Positions 28,634 through 36,902 of a DNA stretch of 64,000 nt are shown piece by piece; the stretch's first letter is position 1; every line of letters starts with the position of its first letter. Source of the DNA: Desulfobacterales bacterium (GTDB taxonomy: Bacteria > Desulfobacterota > Desulfobacteria > Desulfobacterales > JAHDSC01); NCBI GenBank assembly GCA_016931455.1, contig JAFGES010000065.1, positions 2,097 to 66,096 on the forward strand, read 5' to 3'. The translations under genes and the position numbers were made by a program. Below the pieces are notes generated by a model. The model was not told the origin of the DNA. It saw only the letters and a list, made by a program, of their open reading frames with translations, and made no database searches.

Positions 28634-30655
28634 ATGAAAAAAATGTCGATTTATAAACGATTGCAGGTAGTTTTCGTTGTTTTCTGGATTAGCCTCGCTA
28701 CGGTCGGCTGGGCTGAGCCCATCAACATAACCGATGACGTTGGAAACCCAATACGCCTCGACGAGCCGCCCCGGCAGGTAGTTTCACTCATGCCATCGGC
28801 CACTGAAATCATTTTTGCCGTTGGTGCCGGTGATGCCCTGGCGGGAATCACCTATCACAGTACCGCTATTGCCGGCGCTGCAGATAAAACCATTGTCGGC
28901 GGTTTTTTTTCCCCCTCGGCAGATCACGTCATGTCGCTTAAACCCGATCTTATCATTGTTTCTTCATTTCACGATAAGTTTGTCGAGCAGCTACCTGCCG
29001 GAGTCCCGATTTTGGTGATAAACACCCTAAAAATGAACGATGCATTTCATCATATCCAATTGATCGGCGATCTTTTTCACCGGGAGCTGGAAGCCTCGGA
29101 ATTAATGAAGAAAATCCAGCGGCAACTGGACCTAATTGCCCGAAAGGTGGCTGAAATTCCCGAAGAAAAACGAAAACGCGTCATGCGTCTGATGGGCCGA
29201 GAACAAATCATGACGCCGGGAAACGACTCGTTTCAAAACGAGATCATCCGAGCTGCCGGCGGCATTGCTCCGGATTTTGGAAAATCCGGAAGTGTGGTGC
29301 CGGTGACACGGGAAGAATTTATACGGTTTAATCCACAAATTATCTATGGATGCGGTGACGACGCAAAAGCGGCGGATTCCTTTTTTTCACAAGAGGGTTG
29401 GTGTTCCGTAGCTGCAGTAAAGAACCATCGGATCCACTCCTTTCCCTGTGATCTGACCTGCCGGGCCGGTATTCACTTGGGAGATTTCGTCTCCTGGCTA
29501 TCTTCGATGATTTACACCGATGAATTCTCAGATGCCGACCATGAACTGCTTTCCCGAAAGGTCATTCATACCCGGCCGATCCGTATTTTACTGGATTATG
29601 TCCAAGACGCGGAAATTGCCACCAGTATTCTCCACGATTTTGAAAGCAAGAGCCTCATCATCAATTTTCGATCCCCCATGGCCGTGGTCTCCACCCTCGA
29701 AGGGCAACGGCAAGGTGTACTTACGGTGGGCAATCATTACTCTCCACCCCCTTGCTGGGCTTTGAACCATTCTTGCAGCATAAAGGAACTTCGTGCGAAT
29801 CTTTATTCCGTGATCGGAAAAACTGCAGAAAACGCCTCTTTTTTATTCACCGGTGCCAATATGGACAATTTGGCCGTTAAAAAGGAAACCTTTAAGGAAA
29901 TGACGGTCTATGCCTTGGTTACCGCCGGAGTTCGCGGTAATGCCGTGCGCATGGGAACCGATACCGGCAATTACTATGAGCCGGGCACCATCAACATGAT
30001 CTTTCTCACCAACATGAAACTGAGTCCACGGGCCATGACCCGGGCCATTATTTCGGCCACCGAAGGCAAAACCGCCGCCTTGCAAGACTTGGACATCCGT
30101 AGCACGTATCAGCCGTTGACGGCCGCCGCCACCGGTACCGGTACGGATAATATCCTAGTGGTTCAGGGGGATGGATCGGCTATCGACAATGCCGGCGGGC
30201 ATTGCAAAATGGGTGAGCTCATCGCCCGCGCGGCTTACGCCGGTGTTCGCGAGGCCATTTTCAAGCAAAACGGGATCGTCGGCAAGCGGGATATTTTTCA
30301 ACGTTTAGCCGACCGTCACCTGAGCATTTCTCAACTGATTGCGGATGTTTCCTGTAGCTTATGCAACTTGCAGGGATATAAAAAAACTTTTTCAGGCCGG
30401 GTGGAACAGGTGCTGTTGGATCCTGCCTATGCCGGATTTCTGGAAGCGGCCATGAGCCTGAGTGATGGTGTCGGGCGGGAAACAATAAATGATATTTCCT
30501 TTTACGAAACATGGTGCCTTGACGTGGCGGGTCGGATTGCCGGTAAAAAGGTGGCAAAAATAAACACCCATTTTTCAAACGATGTTTTGCCCAGGCCGCT
30601 ATCGATGGCACTGAATGCAATTTTTACAGGGGTTTCCTTTCTTCCAATGCAATAA
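28634..30655 (+). CDS. Secreted BtuF-like periplasmic binding protein fused to CbiZ-like adenosylcobinamide amidohydrolase
   Basis: Signal peptide MKKMSIYKRLQVVFVVFWISLATVGWA. The N-terminal half is Peripla_BP_2-like (VVSLMPSATEIIFAVGAGDALAGIT, KPDLIIV). The C-terminal half is CbiZ-like (GTINMIF, AATGTGTDN). Confidence 0.8.
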   Translation: MKKMSIYKRLQVVFVVFWISLATVGWAEPINITDDVGNPIRLDEPPRQVVSLMPSATEIIFAVGAGDALAGITYHSTAIAGAADKTIVGGFFSPSADHVMSLKPDLIIVSSFHDKFVEQLPAGVPILVINTLKMNDAFHHIQLIGDLFHRELEASELMKKIQRQLDLIARKVAEIPEEKRKRVMRLMGREQIMTPGNDSFQNEIIRAAGGIAPDFGKSGSVVPVTREEFIRFNPQIIYGCGDDAKAADSFFSQEGWCSVAAVKNHRIHSFPCDLTCRAGIHLGDFVSWLSSMIYTDEFSDADHELLSRKVIHTRPIRILLDYVQDAEIATSILHDFESKSLIINFRSPMAVVSTLEGQRQGVLTVGNHYSPPPCWALNHSCSIKELRANLYSVIGKTAENASFLFTGANMDNLAVKKETFKEMTVYALVTAGVRGNAVRMGTDTGNYYEPGTINMIFLTNMKLSPRAMTRAIISATEGKTAALQDLDIRSTYQPLTAAATGTGTDNILVVQGDGSAIDNAGGHCKMGELIARAAYAGVREAIFKQNGIVGKRDIFQRLADRHLSISQLIADVSCSLCNLQGYKKTFSGRVEQVLLDPAYAGFLEAAMSLSDGVGRETINDISFYETWCLDVAGRIAGKKVAKINTHFSNDVLPRPLSMALNAIFTGVSFLPMQ

Positions 30656-30673
30656 CTACTAAAGGTTTTCATC

Positions 30674-32635
30674 ATGCGCACATTCGTCCCATATGCTCAG
30701 TTTTTTTCTTGTCCCGTGACTTATTCTCGGAATCGATCCGTATTTTTGAAACAGCTTGTATCAGCAATTCTGCCGGTGGTGTTTTTAATCCTGATGATTA
30801 CGCATGCCACGGTTTACGGACAACAAAACCACTCACACGGTCATTCGGTTGATTCCACGGTTATGGAAAACATTGTCGTGACGGCCGACCGTATTGATGA
30901 ATACATAGAAAATTATCCTAACCAGGTCGTGATGCTGAGTAAGGAAGATATTGCTCGGCGCAATATGCTTAGCGTGGAGGAAGCGATGAGATCAATGCCC
31001 GGGGTGGACGTAAAGAGAAGTTCGGGAATCGGTTCCCGAATTTCCATTCGGGGTTCGGGAAAATCCGGTGGCGTCCTGGTGCTTCTCAACGGTCGCCCTT
31101 TAAACAGCAGCCAGTATGGTGGGACGGATCTGTCCACCATCCCCATCGACATTGTTCAGTCCATCATTGTTTTCAAACCGCCCGTCCCTGTATGGCTGGG
31201 GCCCGGGGGCAGCGACGGGGCAATCAATATCGTCACCCGCGATCCGATCGGTAAAAAGGAAAAAAAGCGCCATTCGACTCAAATCAGAGGTGCCGGCGGT
31301 TCTTACGGACTGATCGAGGGGAGTTTGACCCATCGCAACAGCTTGGACTTAGGAACGATCATGGCCACGGCGGCCGGTACACACCGGGACGGCAAACGAA
31401 CGAACGGCGACAGGGACAGCGGTACCGTTTGCCTGCACTGGGACCGGGAATCGGCGAGTGAGCGGCAGATGGAAATCGACGGCCGGTACTATGAATCGGA
31501 ATACGGCTCAACAGGTCCGGTGGACAACCCAACACCGGATGCCCGGCAGGAATACAAAAAGTTTTCCGTCGACGGCCGTATCGGCGGCATTGTCGACAGT
31601 GCGTGGGACTATGCAATCAACCTATACGGTGATACGGTCGATCTAACGGACGAATCCCAGTTCGGGTCAACCTCCACCCTTGACAGCGTCAAATGGGGGT
31701 TAAAAGGGGAAAGCAACTGGTGCGATGAAGATAATGCCTGGGAACTTCGTCTCAACGGTCTTGTTGAACGCGACGATGTGGATCACACTCTTTCAGGTCA
31801 ACACCACCGGGTCACTGCCGGGCTCGGGGCCCAAGTTGACCGGCGCTGGCAATCCCTTACCGGCACGGTAGGACTTCGTGGGGATCACACCAGCGATTTT
31901 GACTTTATTCCCGGATTTTCCAGCGGCCTGAGCTTCAGTGCGGCCAAACACTGGACGGCTAAGGTAAATGCCGGTTACACGATGAATATTCCTACCTTCG
32001 GCCAGCTTTACCAGCCCAGCCACGGCAGCATTGACCAAGTGCGCGGCAATCCGGATCTGGACAAAGAAAAAATCTGGTCATACGATGCCGGGATTGAATA
32101 CCGCCGGGACAAAACCCACCTGTTCCAGGTGTCTCTGTTTCGGTCGGATACCCAAGATCCCATTGTATATCAACGGGGCATCGATCTGATCTATCGGCCG
32201 GTAAACACGGATCGCTCGTGGCGGCACGGTTTTGAGGTTAGCTTTAAACACGGTTTTGATTTCGGGCTGATTGCCGATATCAACGCCATTGTTCAGGACT
32301 CGGAAATTTGCGATACCGAAAAGGAACTACCCTATACGCCTCGCGTCAAATTGAAAGGGTCGCTTCAATATACCTTGCCGGAGCCCGGCACTCGGCTGGA
32401 AACGACGATAAGGTATTGCTCAAAACAGTATAGCGAGGTGGAAAACCGTAAATCCGAGCGGATTGACGACTATATTACCGTGGATCTTAAAGCGGTCCAA
32501 CCGTTTAAGCTCAAAACAATGGCCGCTGAGTGGTTTGTGAGCGTTGAAAATCTGTTTGACACCGATTATCAGATCCACTACGGCTATCCCGATGACGGCA
32601 TCAGGTTTGTCTCCGGCCTGAATTTAACGCTTTAA
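30674..32635 (+). CDS. TonB-dependent outer-membrane receptor (BtuB-like context)
   Basis: It has a signal sequence, a plug region (IVVTADRI, VDVKRSSGIGSRISIRG, NGRPLN), a beta-barrel, and a terminal aromatic-rich segment ending in L. Confidence 0.85.
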   Translation: MRTFVPYAQFFSCPVTYSRNRSVFLKQLVSAILPVVFLILMITHATVYGQQNHSHGHSVDSTVMENIVVTADRIDEYIENYPNQVVMLSKEDIARRNMLSVEEAMRSMPGVDVKRSSGIGSRISIRGSGKSGGVLVLLNGRPLNSSQYGGTDLSTIPIDIVQSIIVFKPPVPVWLGPGGSDGAINIVTRDPIGKKEKKRHSTQIRGAGGSYGLIEGSLTHRNSLDLGTIMATAAGTHRDGKRTNGDRDSGTVCLHWDRESASERQMEIDGRYYESEYGSTGPVDNPTPDARQEYKKFSVDGRIGGIVDSAWDYAINLYGDTVDLTDESQFGSTSTLDSVKWGLKGESNWCDEDNAWELRLNGLVERDDVDHTLSGQHHRVTAGLGAQVDRRWQSLTGTVGLRGDHTSDFDFIPGFSSGLSFSAAKHWTAKVNAGYTMNIPTFGQLYQPSHGSIDQVRGNPDLDKEKIWSYDAGIEYRRDKTHLFQVSLFRSDTQDPIVYQRGIDLIYRPVNTDRSWRHGFEVSFKHGFDFGLIADINAIVQDSEICDTEKELPYTPRVKLKGSLQYTLPEPGTRLETTIRYCSKQYSEVENRKSERIDDYITVDLKAVQPFKLKTMAAEWFVSVENLFDTDYQIHYGYPDDGIRFVSGLNLTL

Positions 32636-32639
32636 TTGT

Positions 32640-33242
32640 TCACTTTTTTTCATTAGAAACCGAGGGATGCTTTCCCTCAAATTCAGCAATCCGTTGACGG
32701 ATGGCATTAAGCTGCTGTTCCATTTGTTTTGCCAGCGCTTTCAGATCCTTGATTTCTTGTTCTTCAGAATGCTGTTTAATCGGCGGCATAGGTGGGCTTT
32801 CGGTAACCATCCGACCGGCGCCCATCCCCATGCCTCTCCCCATACCTTTTCCCATTCCCATGCCTCTTCCACCACCCATTCCCGTACCGAAACGGCTTTG
32901 CACATTGGGTGCTGATGAGCCGGAAAGTGTCCCGGTTTTATATTGCCGGACCGCCTCGTGGACCTTTCCTCCGACACCGGTTATCACCTGAATTCCGGCG
33001 GCGCCAAAAGTTTTAAAAGCGTTCGGACCGCAATTGCCGGTCAGCACGACCGATACGTTTTTTTCGGCCATAAGCTGCGCCGACTGAATACCCGCACCAC
33101 CTCCTAGTGAAATATTGGGGTTTGGAACGGCTTCAAATTCCATGGTATCCGGATCAATGACCAAGAAATAAGCGCAACGTCCAAAACGTATTTCCACTGA
33201 ATCATCCAGCGTAGGTCCTGTGGCTGTAACTGCTATTATCAT
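32640..33242 (-). CDS. NifX/NifB-like (dinitrogenase FeMo-cofactor-binding fold) protein with Gly/Met-rich coiled-coil tail
   Basis: The first 105 aa read FGRCAYFLVID...GAGIQSAQLM...VLTGNCGPNAFKTFGAAGIQV. The tail reads GMGGGRGMGMGKGMGRGMGMGAGR, followed by EEQEIKDLKALAKQMEQQLNAIRQRIAEFE. Confidence 0.8.
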   Translation of the reverse strand: MIIAVTATGPTLDDSVEIRFGRCAYFLVIDPDTMEFEAVPNPNISLGGGAGIQSAQLMAEKNVSVVLTGNCGPNAFKTFGAAGIQVITGVGGKVHEAVRQYKTGTLSGSSAPNVQSRFGTGMGGGRGMGMGKGMGRGMGMGAGRMVTESPPMPPIKQHSEEQEIKDLKALAKQMEQQLNAIRQRIAEFEGKHPSVSNEKK

Positions 33243-34189
33243 GTTTTTTTCTCCTTCTCTCTATTGACGGCTGAGTAATATATCGCGGTATTTTTGCGTT
33301 GCATGCGGATTTGATCGGTTCTTAACAGTTTTCCGAGGTATTTGGACACCTCATTGAGGTGCATACCTAGTCCGTCGGCAATCTGTTGTGCCGTGCACGG
33401 ACGGCGCTGCAACATGAAAAAAATCGTGTCTTGGTTCGCTCGAACATCTTTGGTATGGTTCGTGCTGAATTCTGCAATGATTTCCGCGGTCGGATGAAAC
33501 AAATGGGTTAATGCTATCATCTGTTCTTTGGATAGGGCCGTGGCATAATCCTCGGCCGGTGGACGAACAACCGTATTGATTTGAATGCGGTCCGGGCCGA
33601 TTTCCTTTGCCAAGGCGGCAATTTTCCGGACATCGGCAGGTATTGAGTTAATCCCTGCTATCAGGAAAACCTCCATCCATAGCCGGCCCTTAAATTGAGA
33701 GCGAAACGTCTTTTGCCCTTCGACCAACCGATCAAACCTTAATTGAGGATGGGGACGATTCACCAACTCGTAAGAAGCCTGGTTCCAGGCACTTAGGGAA
33801 ACCTTGACGACGTCGGCATAAGCGGCGGCATCGCGTACTTCCGGAAGATACAGCATCGTAGCGTTGGTTAACAGCGCGGCAGGAATTGTGCTGTTTGTGT
33901 GTATAAACTCGAGAATTTCCCCGAACCGGGAATGGAGTGTGGGTTCACCGGAACCGGAAAGGGTTATATAGTCCGCCTTGCCGCCTGTTTTCAGCCAATG
34001 TTCGAGTTCAGCAAGCACATCCGCCGTCGGAACATATTCTTTGCGGACTATCGTTTTTTGCGGGGTTCGACCCAACTGACAGAAAACGCAATCGAAGCTG
34101 CATGTTTTGTAAGGGGTCAGGTCGACCCCCATAGAACGGCCAAAGCGACGAGAGGGTACCGGACCGAACAAATAGTGATACTTTTCCAT
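33239..34189 (-). CDS. Radical SAM protein with C-terminal winged-helix domain
   Basis: The CxxxCxxC motif is CSFDCVFC, preceded by GPVPSRRFGRSMGVDL. The C-terminus MLQRRPCTAQQIADGLGMHLNEVSKYLGKLL is wHTH-like. There is a 4-nt overlap with the next gene. Confidence 0.85.
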   Translation of the reverse strand: MEKYHYLFGPVPSRRFGRSMGVDLTPYKTCSFDCVFCQLGRTPQKTIVRKEYVPTADVLAELEHWLKTGGKADYITLSGSGEPTLHSRFGEILEFIHTNSTIPAALLTNATMLYLPEVRDAAAYADVVKVSLSAWNQASYELVNRPHPQLRFDRLVEGQKTFRSQFKGRLWMEVFLIAGINSIPADVRKIAALAKEIGPDRIQINTVVRPPAEDYATALSKEQMIALTHLFHPTAEIIAEFSTNHTKDVRANQDTIFFMLQRRPCTAQQIADGLGMHLNEVSKYLGKLLRTDQIRMQRKNTAIYYSAVNREKEKKT

Positions 34190-34209
34190 TATAATTTTCC
34201 CGCTAATGC

Positions 34210-34244
34210 AGGATAAGCCATCAGTTGATCCGGTGGCTTATCCT
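34210..34244 (-). other. Intercistronic stem-loop between the DUF5320 and radical SAM genes
   Basis: AGGATAAGCCA pairs with TGGCTTATCCT in a perfect 11-bp stem with a 13-nt loop. No U-tract follows on the coding strand. Confidence 0.45.
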
Positions 34245-34273
34245 GTGCCGTTAGCCTGCCTACAAGGCGGTTA

Positions 34274-34636
34274 TTACTTTGTCTTTTCACTTTCAAGTTC
34301 CGCAATCCGCCTCTTTATTCCTTCAAGATCATCTGCAAGATATTTGGCCTCGTCCTGGAGTGCCTCCATTTCTTGTTGTCGTGTCGGTACGGCCGGATAT
34401 GGTGCTGCATACGGTCCACCATACCCCCCATAGGGTACGGCCCAGCGTCCTCGACGACATCCTCGGAATCCGTATCCGAAACCTCGGCCGAAACCTCGGC
34501 CGAAACCAAATCCGCCGTATGCACGACCGAAGGCCGGGTTCGCAAACCCCGGTGTTGAATGTCCGGCACAATACCCTGCGCCTCGTCCTGTCATCGATCC
34601 CATCCCTGCGGGACCTGTTCCATCTCCACCCGGCAT
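34274..34636 (-). CDS. DUF5320 family protein
   Basis: The N-terminus reads MPGGDGTGPAGMGSMTGRGAGYC. A Gly/Phe/Arg-rich middle is followed by the coiled coil RQQEMEALQDEAKYLADDLEGIKRRIAELE. An AAGGAGG Shine-Dalgarno lies upstream. Confidence 0.75.
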   Translation of the reverse strand: MPGGDGTGPAGMGSMTGRGAGYCAGHSTPGFANPAFGRAYGGFGFGRGFGRGFGYGFRGCRRGRWAVPYGGYGGPYAAPYPAVPTRQQEMEALQDEAKYLADDLEGIKRRIAELESEKTK

Positions 34637-34699
34637 GGTAACCTCCTTTCTTGGTGTTTAAAGTTAAATTAGCTACTTCTCTAATCAATCTAACTCTAC

Positions 34700-34715
34700 G
34701 CAATTTGTGTGCCAA
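34700..34715 (-). promoter_or_regulatory. Sigma-54 promoter (-24/-12)
   Basis: The minus strand reads TTGGCAC-ACAAA-TTGC, an exact TGGCAC-N5-TTGC core. The -12 element lies 64 nt upstream of the DUF5320 ATG. Confidence 0.6.
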
Positions 34716-34841
34716 ATAAGAAAGGTTATTTTGTTTAAGCCGCAACTGCTATGATACTAAAGACTTAAGAACTAATCAGGATTGCAGGAAGAATATTCAT
34801 TGTGCGAAATGAGTAGCATAAATGCAACTATACAGTAGTCA

Positions 34842-35891
34842 TCATAGCCCAAGGGTAAAAAATGCAAAACCCACCATAAGCCCGAAGACAAGATTAAAAG
34901 CTTTAATGAGCACGGAATCTTTGATGCTATAGGAGAGCAACGGAAGCATGCCGTGGCCGTCTTGAACAAAAGAGGTGGTGAAAAGCACGGAAAAAGGTAC
35001 TAATCCCTGTGCATACAACATCACAAATATTAGATGCGGTCCTGATTCCGGAATGATTCCGATAAAAGCTCCAATCAAAAGCACCCACATCAGGTGCTCT
35101 CGGATAAAGGATTCCAAATTCCAAAAAGCCAAACCCAAATGCACAAAAAGCAAGGCGCCGAATGTCCACAGGAAGACCCGAAAAAGATGCCTCTTGATGA
35201 TGTGATCCCAGATATGGACCAGCAAGTATTGTTCAGAGGCAATCGCTGCAATATATAAGGAGCACACAGACAGGATTGCAAATGTGAGACGTTTCCAGTT
35301 CCAATCGGTTGGGCCGATTGTTCCAAGTACCAGCAGCATCAAATAGGAGCCGATAAGCGCGAGTAAAAGAAAGCGTGTGAAAGAAAGTTGCTGAAAATTT
35401 TTTGAAAAATTCCTGAGTCCGAAAATCCGGCGGACTTCCTCCGTGCTATTTGCGTCGAATAAACAAAGTTCACAGACGGCTTCACGGCAGGATTCACATG
35501 GAACAATGCCGAGAAATTCAATAAGCTTATCGCTTACCCAGGCAAAAATGATCCCACATACAAATAGCAGTCCGAACAGCGCAACGGCTGTACCCGGGAA
35601 CTGCGAAAGCATTACAAACGCCTCATCTCCGGAAGTGGCGATCATTCCACCTACGACGGCACCAAAAGAGATCATTCCATGGACATAAAGCGTTATGTTC
35701 ATGAAAGCTCCCAGGCAGCCCGGTGTAGAACCCAAAAAGGAGGCAAGCGTATACTGACGCCACCGATTACCTTGCATAATGGCTGAGATCCGTCTTTGCG
35801 TGGCCATATCTACAAAATCTACCAAAAGCATCATCACAAATACGAAAAAGCTGATCATTACCGCATGCTTAAAGATAGAGAGGATCTCCAT
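34842..35891 (-). CDS. ArsP_2-type polytopic permease (annotated in databases as putative manganese/heavy-metal transporter)
   Basis: 349 aa with about 10 TM segments. Motifs are GSTPGCLG, SGDEAF, PESGPH and QDGHG, plus a central Cys cluster CESCREAVCELC. Confidence 0.75.
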   Translation of the reverse strand: MEILSIFKHAVMISFFVFVMMLLVDFVDMATQRRISAIMQGNRWRQYTLASFLGSTPGCLGAFMNITLYVHGMISFGAVVGGMIATSGDEAFVMLSQFPGTAVALFGLLFVCGIIFAWVSDKLIEFLGIVPCESCREAVCELCLFDANSTEEVRRIFGLRNFSKNFQQLSFTRFLLLALIGSYLMLLVLGTIGPTDWNWKRLTFAILSVCSLYIAAIASEQYLLVHIWDHIIKRHLFRVFLWTFGALLFVHLGLAFWNLESFIREHLMWVLLIGAFIGIIPESGPHLIFVMLYAQGLVPFSVLFTTSFVQDGHGMLPLLSYSIKDSVLIKAFNLVFGLMVGFAFFTLGL

Positions 35892-35985
35892 TGCTTTGAC
35901 CTCTTATTAATATCAATCGGTTTGGCACATTTCACAAGCACCCTCAACACAAAAAATTTCCATCCTATTTTGAAATCATCATTGC

Positions 35986-36837
35986 TCATCCAACTTCAAA
36001 TGTAAAACTTGTACCCACCTGACATGGGAGACACCGGCCGGGGAAGGCTGACCACAGATCAACCGTGGCCGGCAGGCCGGTGCAGTGAGCCGGCGCCAGA
36101 CGCTCAACCTTAAGCTGACGAAGGGCATTGATTGTCCGACTCATCCGCTCCGGGGATGCCGATTCAAGATGCATACCTCCTATGACCGCATAAATCGGTA
36201 CACCCTCCGTCAATTGCTTGATATATCTCAGGGTATTGATGACCCCGGCATGGGCGCAGCCCATGAGAACCACCGTGCCTTGAGAAGATTCAAAAAACAA
36301 TGCCTGATCGTCGAGCAAAGGATCGGGGTACCGAAGTTTTTTATCGAGAAAAAATGATCCGCCGGTATCTTCAAATTCCGTATCGCGCGGGATTTGGCCG
36401 GTTAAAAAAATATTTTCGAAAATTTGTGTCGGTTGTTCCGTCCAAACCAATTTTTTGACTTGGCGACGGATTTTTTCTTCATCAAGATTCGGCATCCCGA
36501 TGTCACGACTTGTTCCTTGACCCTCGCGTATGTATTTGGGATGAAGTGCTGATGGATGAACATAGATTTTGGGGTTATCGGCCGCAGCCAAAGCGTACTC
36601 CAATCCCCCGGTATGATCATAGTGGCCATGGCTAAGCGCAATGGCATCGGTTTGATCCAAGCGCGCTTGAAGCCTTTTTGCATTTCCGGAAAGAACATTC
36701 GGCAGCCCTTGTCCGGTATCAAAAAGCAAATGGTGTGCTCCTGTATCGATCCAAAATGAAATTCCATGTTCCGCCAGTATGTGATGGCCGTGAGCGGTAT
36801 TTTCAATTAATATTTTAATGCGGATGATATTGCTCAT
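35986..36837 (-). CDS. MBL-fold metallo-hydrolase (COG1237-like)
   Basis: The HxHxDH motif reads SHGHYDHTGG, with further His/Asp ligand motifs (GCAHAG, APAHCTG). Confidence 0.8.
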   Translation of the reverse strand: MSNIIRIKILIENTAHGHHILAEHGISFWIDTGAHHLLFDTGQGLPNVLSGNAKRLQARLDQTDAIALSHGHYDHTGGLEYALAAADNPKIYVHPSALHPKYIREGQGTSRDIGMPNLDEEKIRRQVKKLVWTEQPTQIFENIFLTGQIPRDTEFEDTGGSFFLDKKLRYPDPLLDDQALFFESSQGTVVLMGCAHAGVINTLRYIKQLTEGVPIYAVIGGMHLESASPERMSRTINALRQLKVERLAPAHCTGLPATVDLWSAFPGRCLPCQVGTSFTFEVG

Positions 36838-36902
36838 TTAACCTTTTCTCCTGTTTGTGGATTGCCGAACTCATATTAACTTTGTCTTGTCATTAAAATA
36901 GA

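Noticed and set aside
32633-32642. The stops of the convergent TonB-receptor and NifX-like genes lie about 4 nt apart, and the convergent hemW and selB ends overlap by 14 nt (62707-62720).
   Set aside because: This could imply transcriptional interference, but tight convergent ends are common in compact genomes. No structure or motif is visible there to support a specific mechanism.
34279-34745. Multiple alternative ORFs (61-138 aa) overlap the DUF5320 gene on both strands.
   Set aside because: The low-complexity Gly/Arg/Pro-coding region is open in many frames. Only the minus-strand frame starting MPGGDGTGP has a Shine-Dalgarno, a family-typical N-terminus and a coiled-coil C-terminus.
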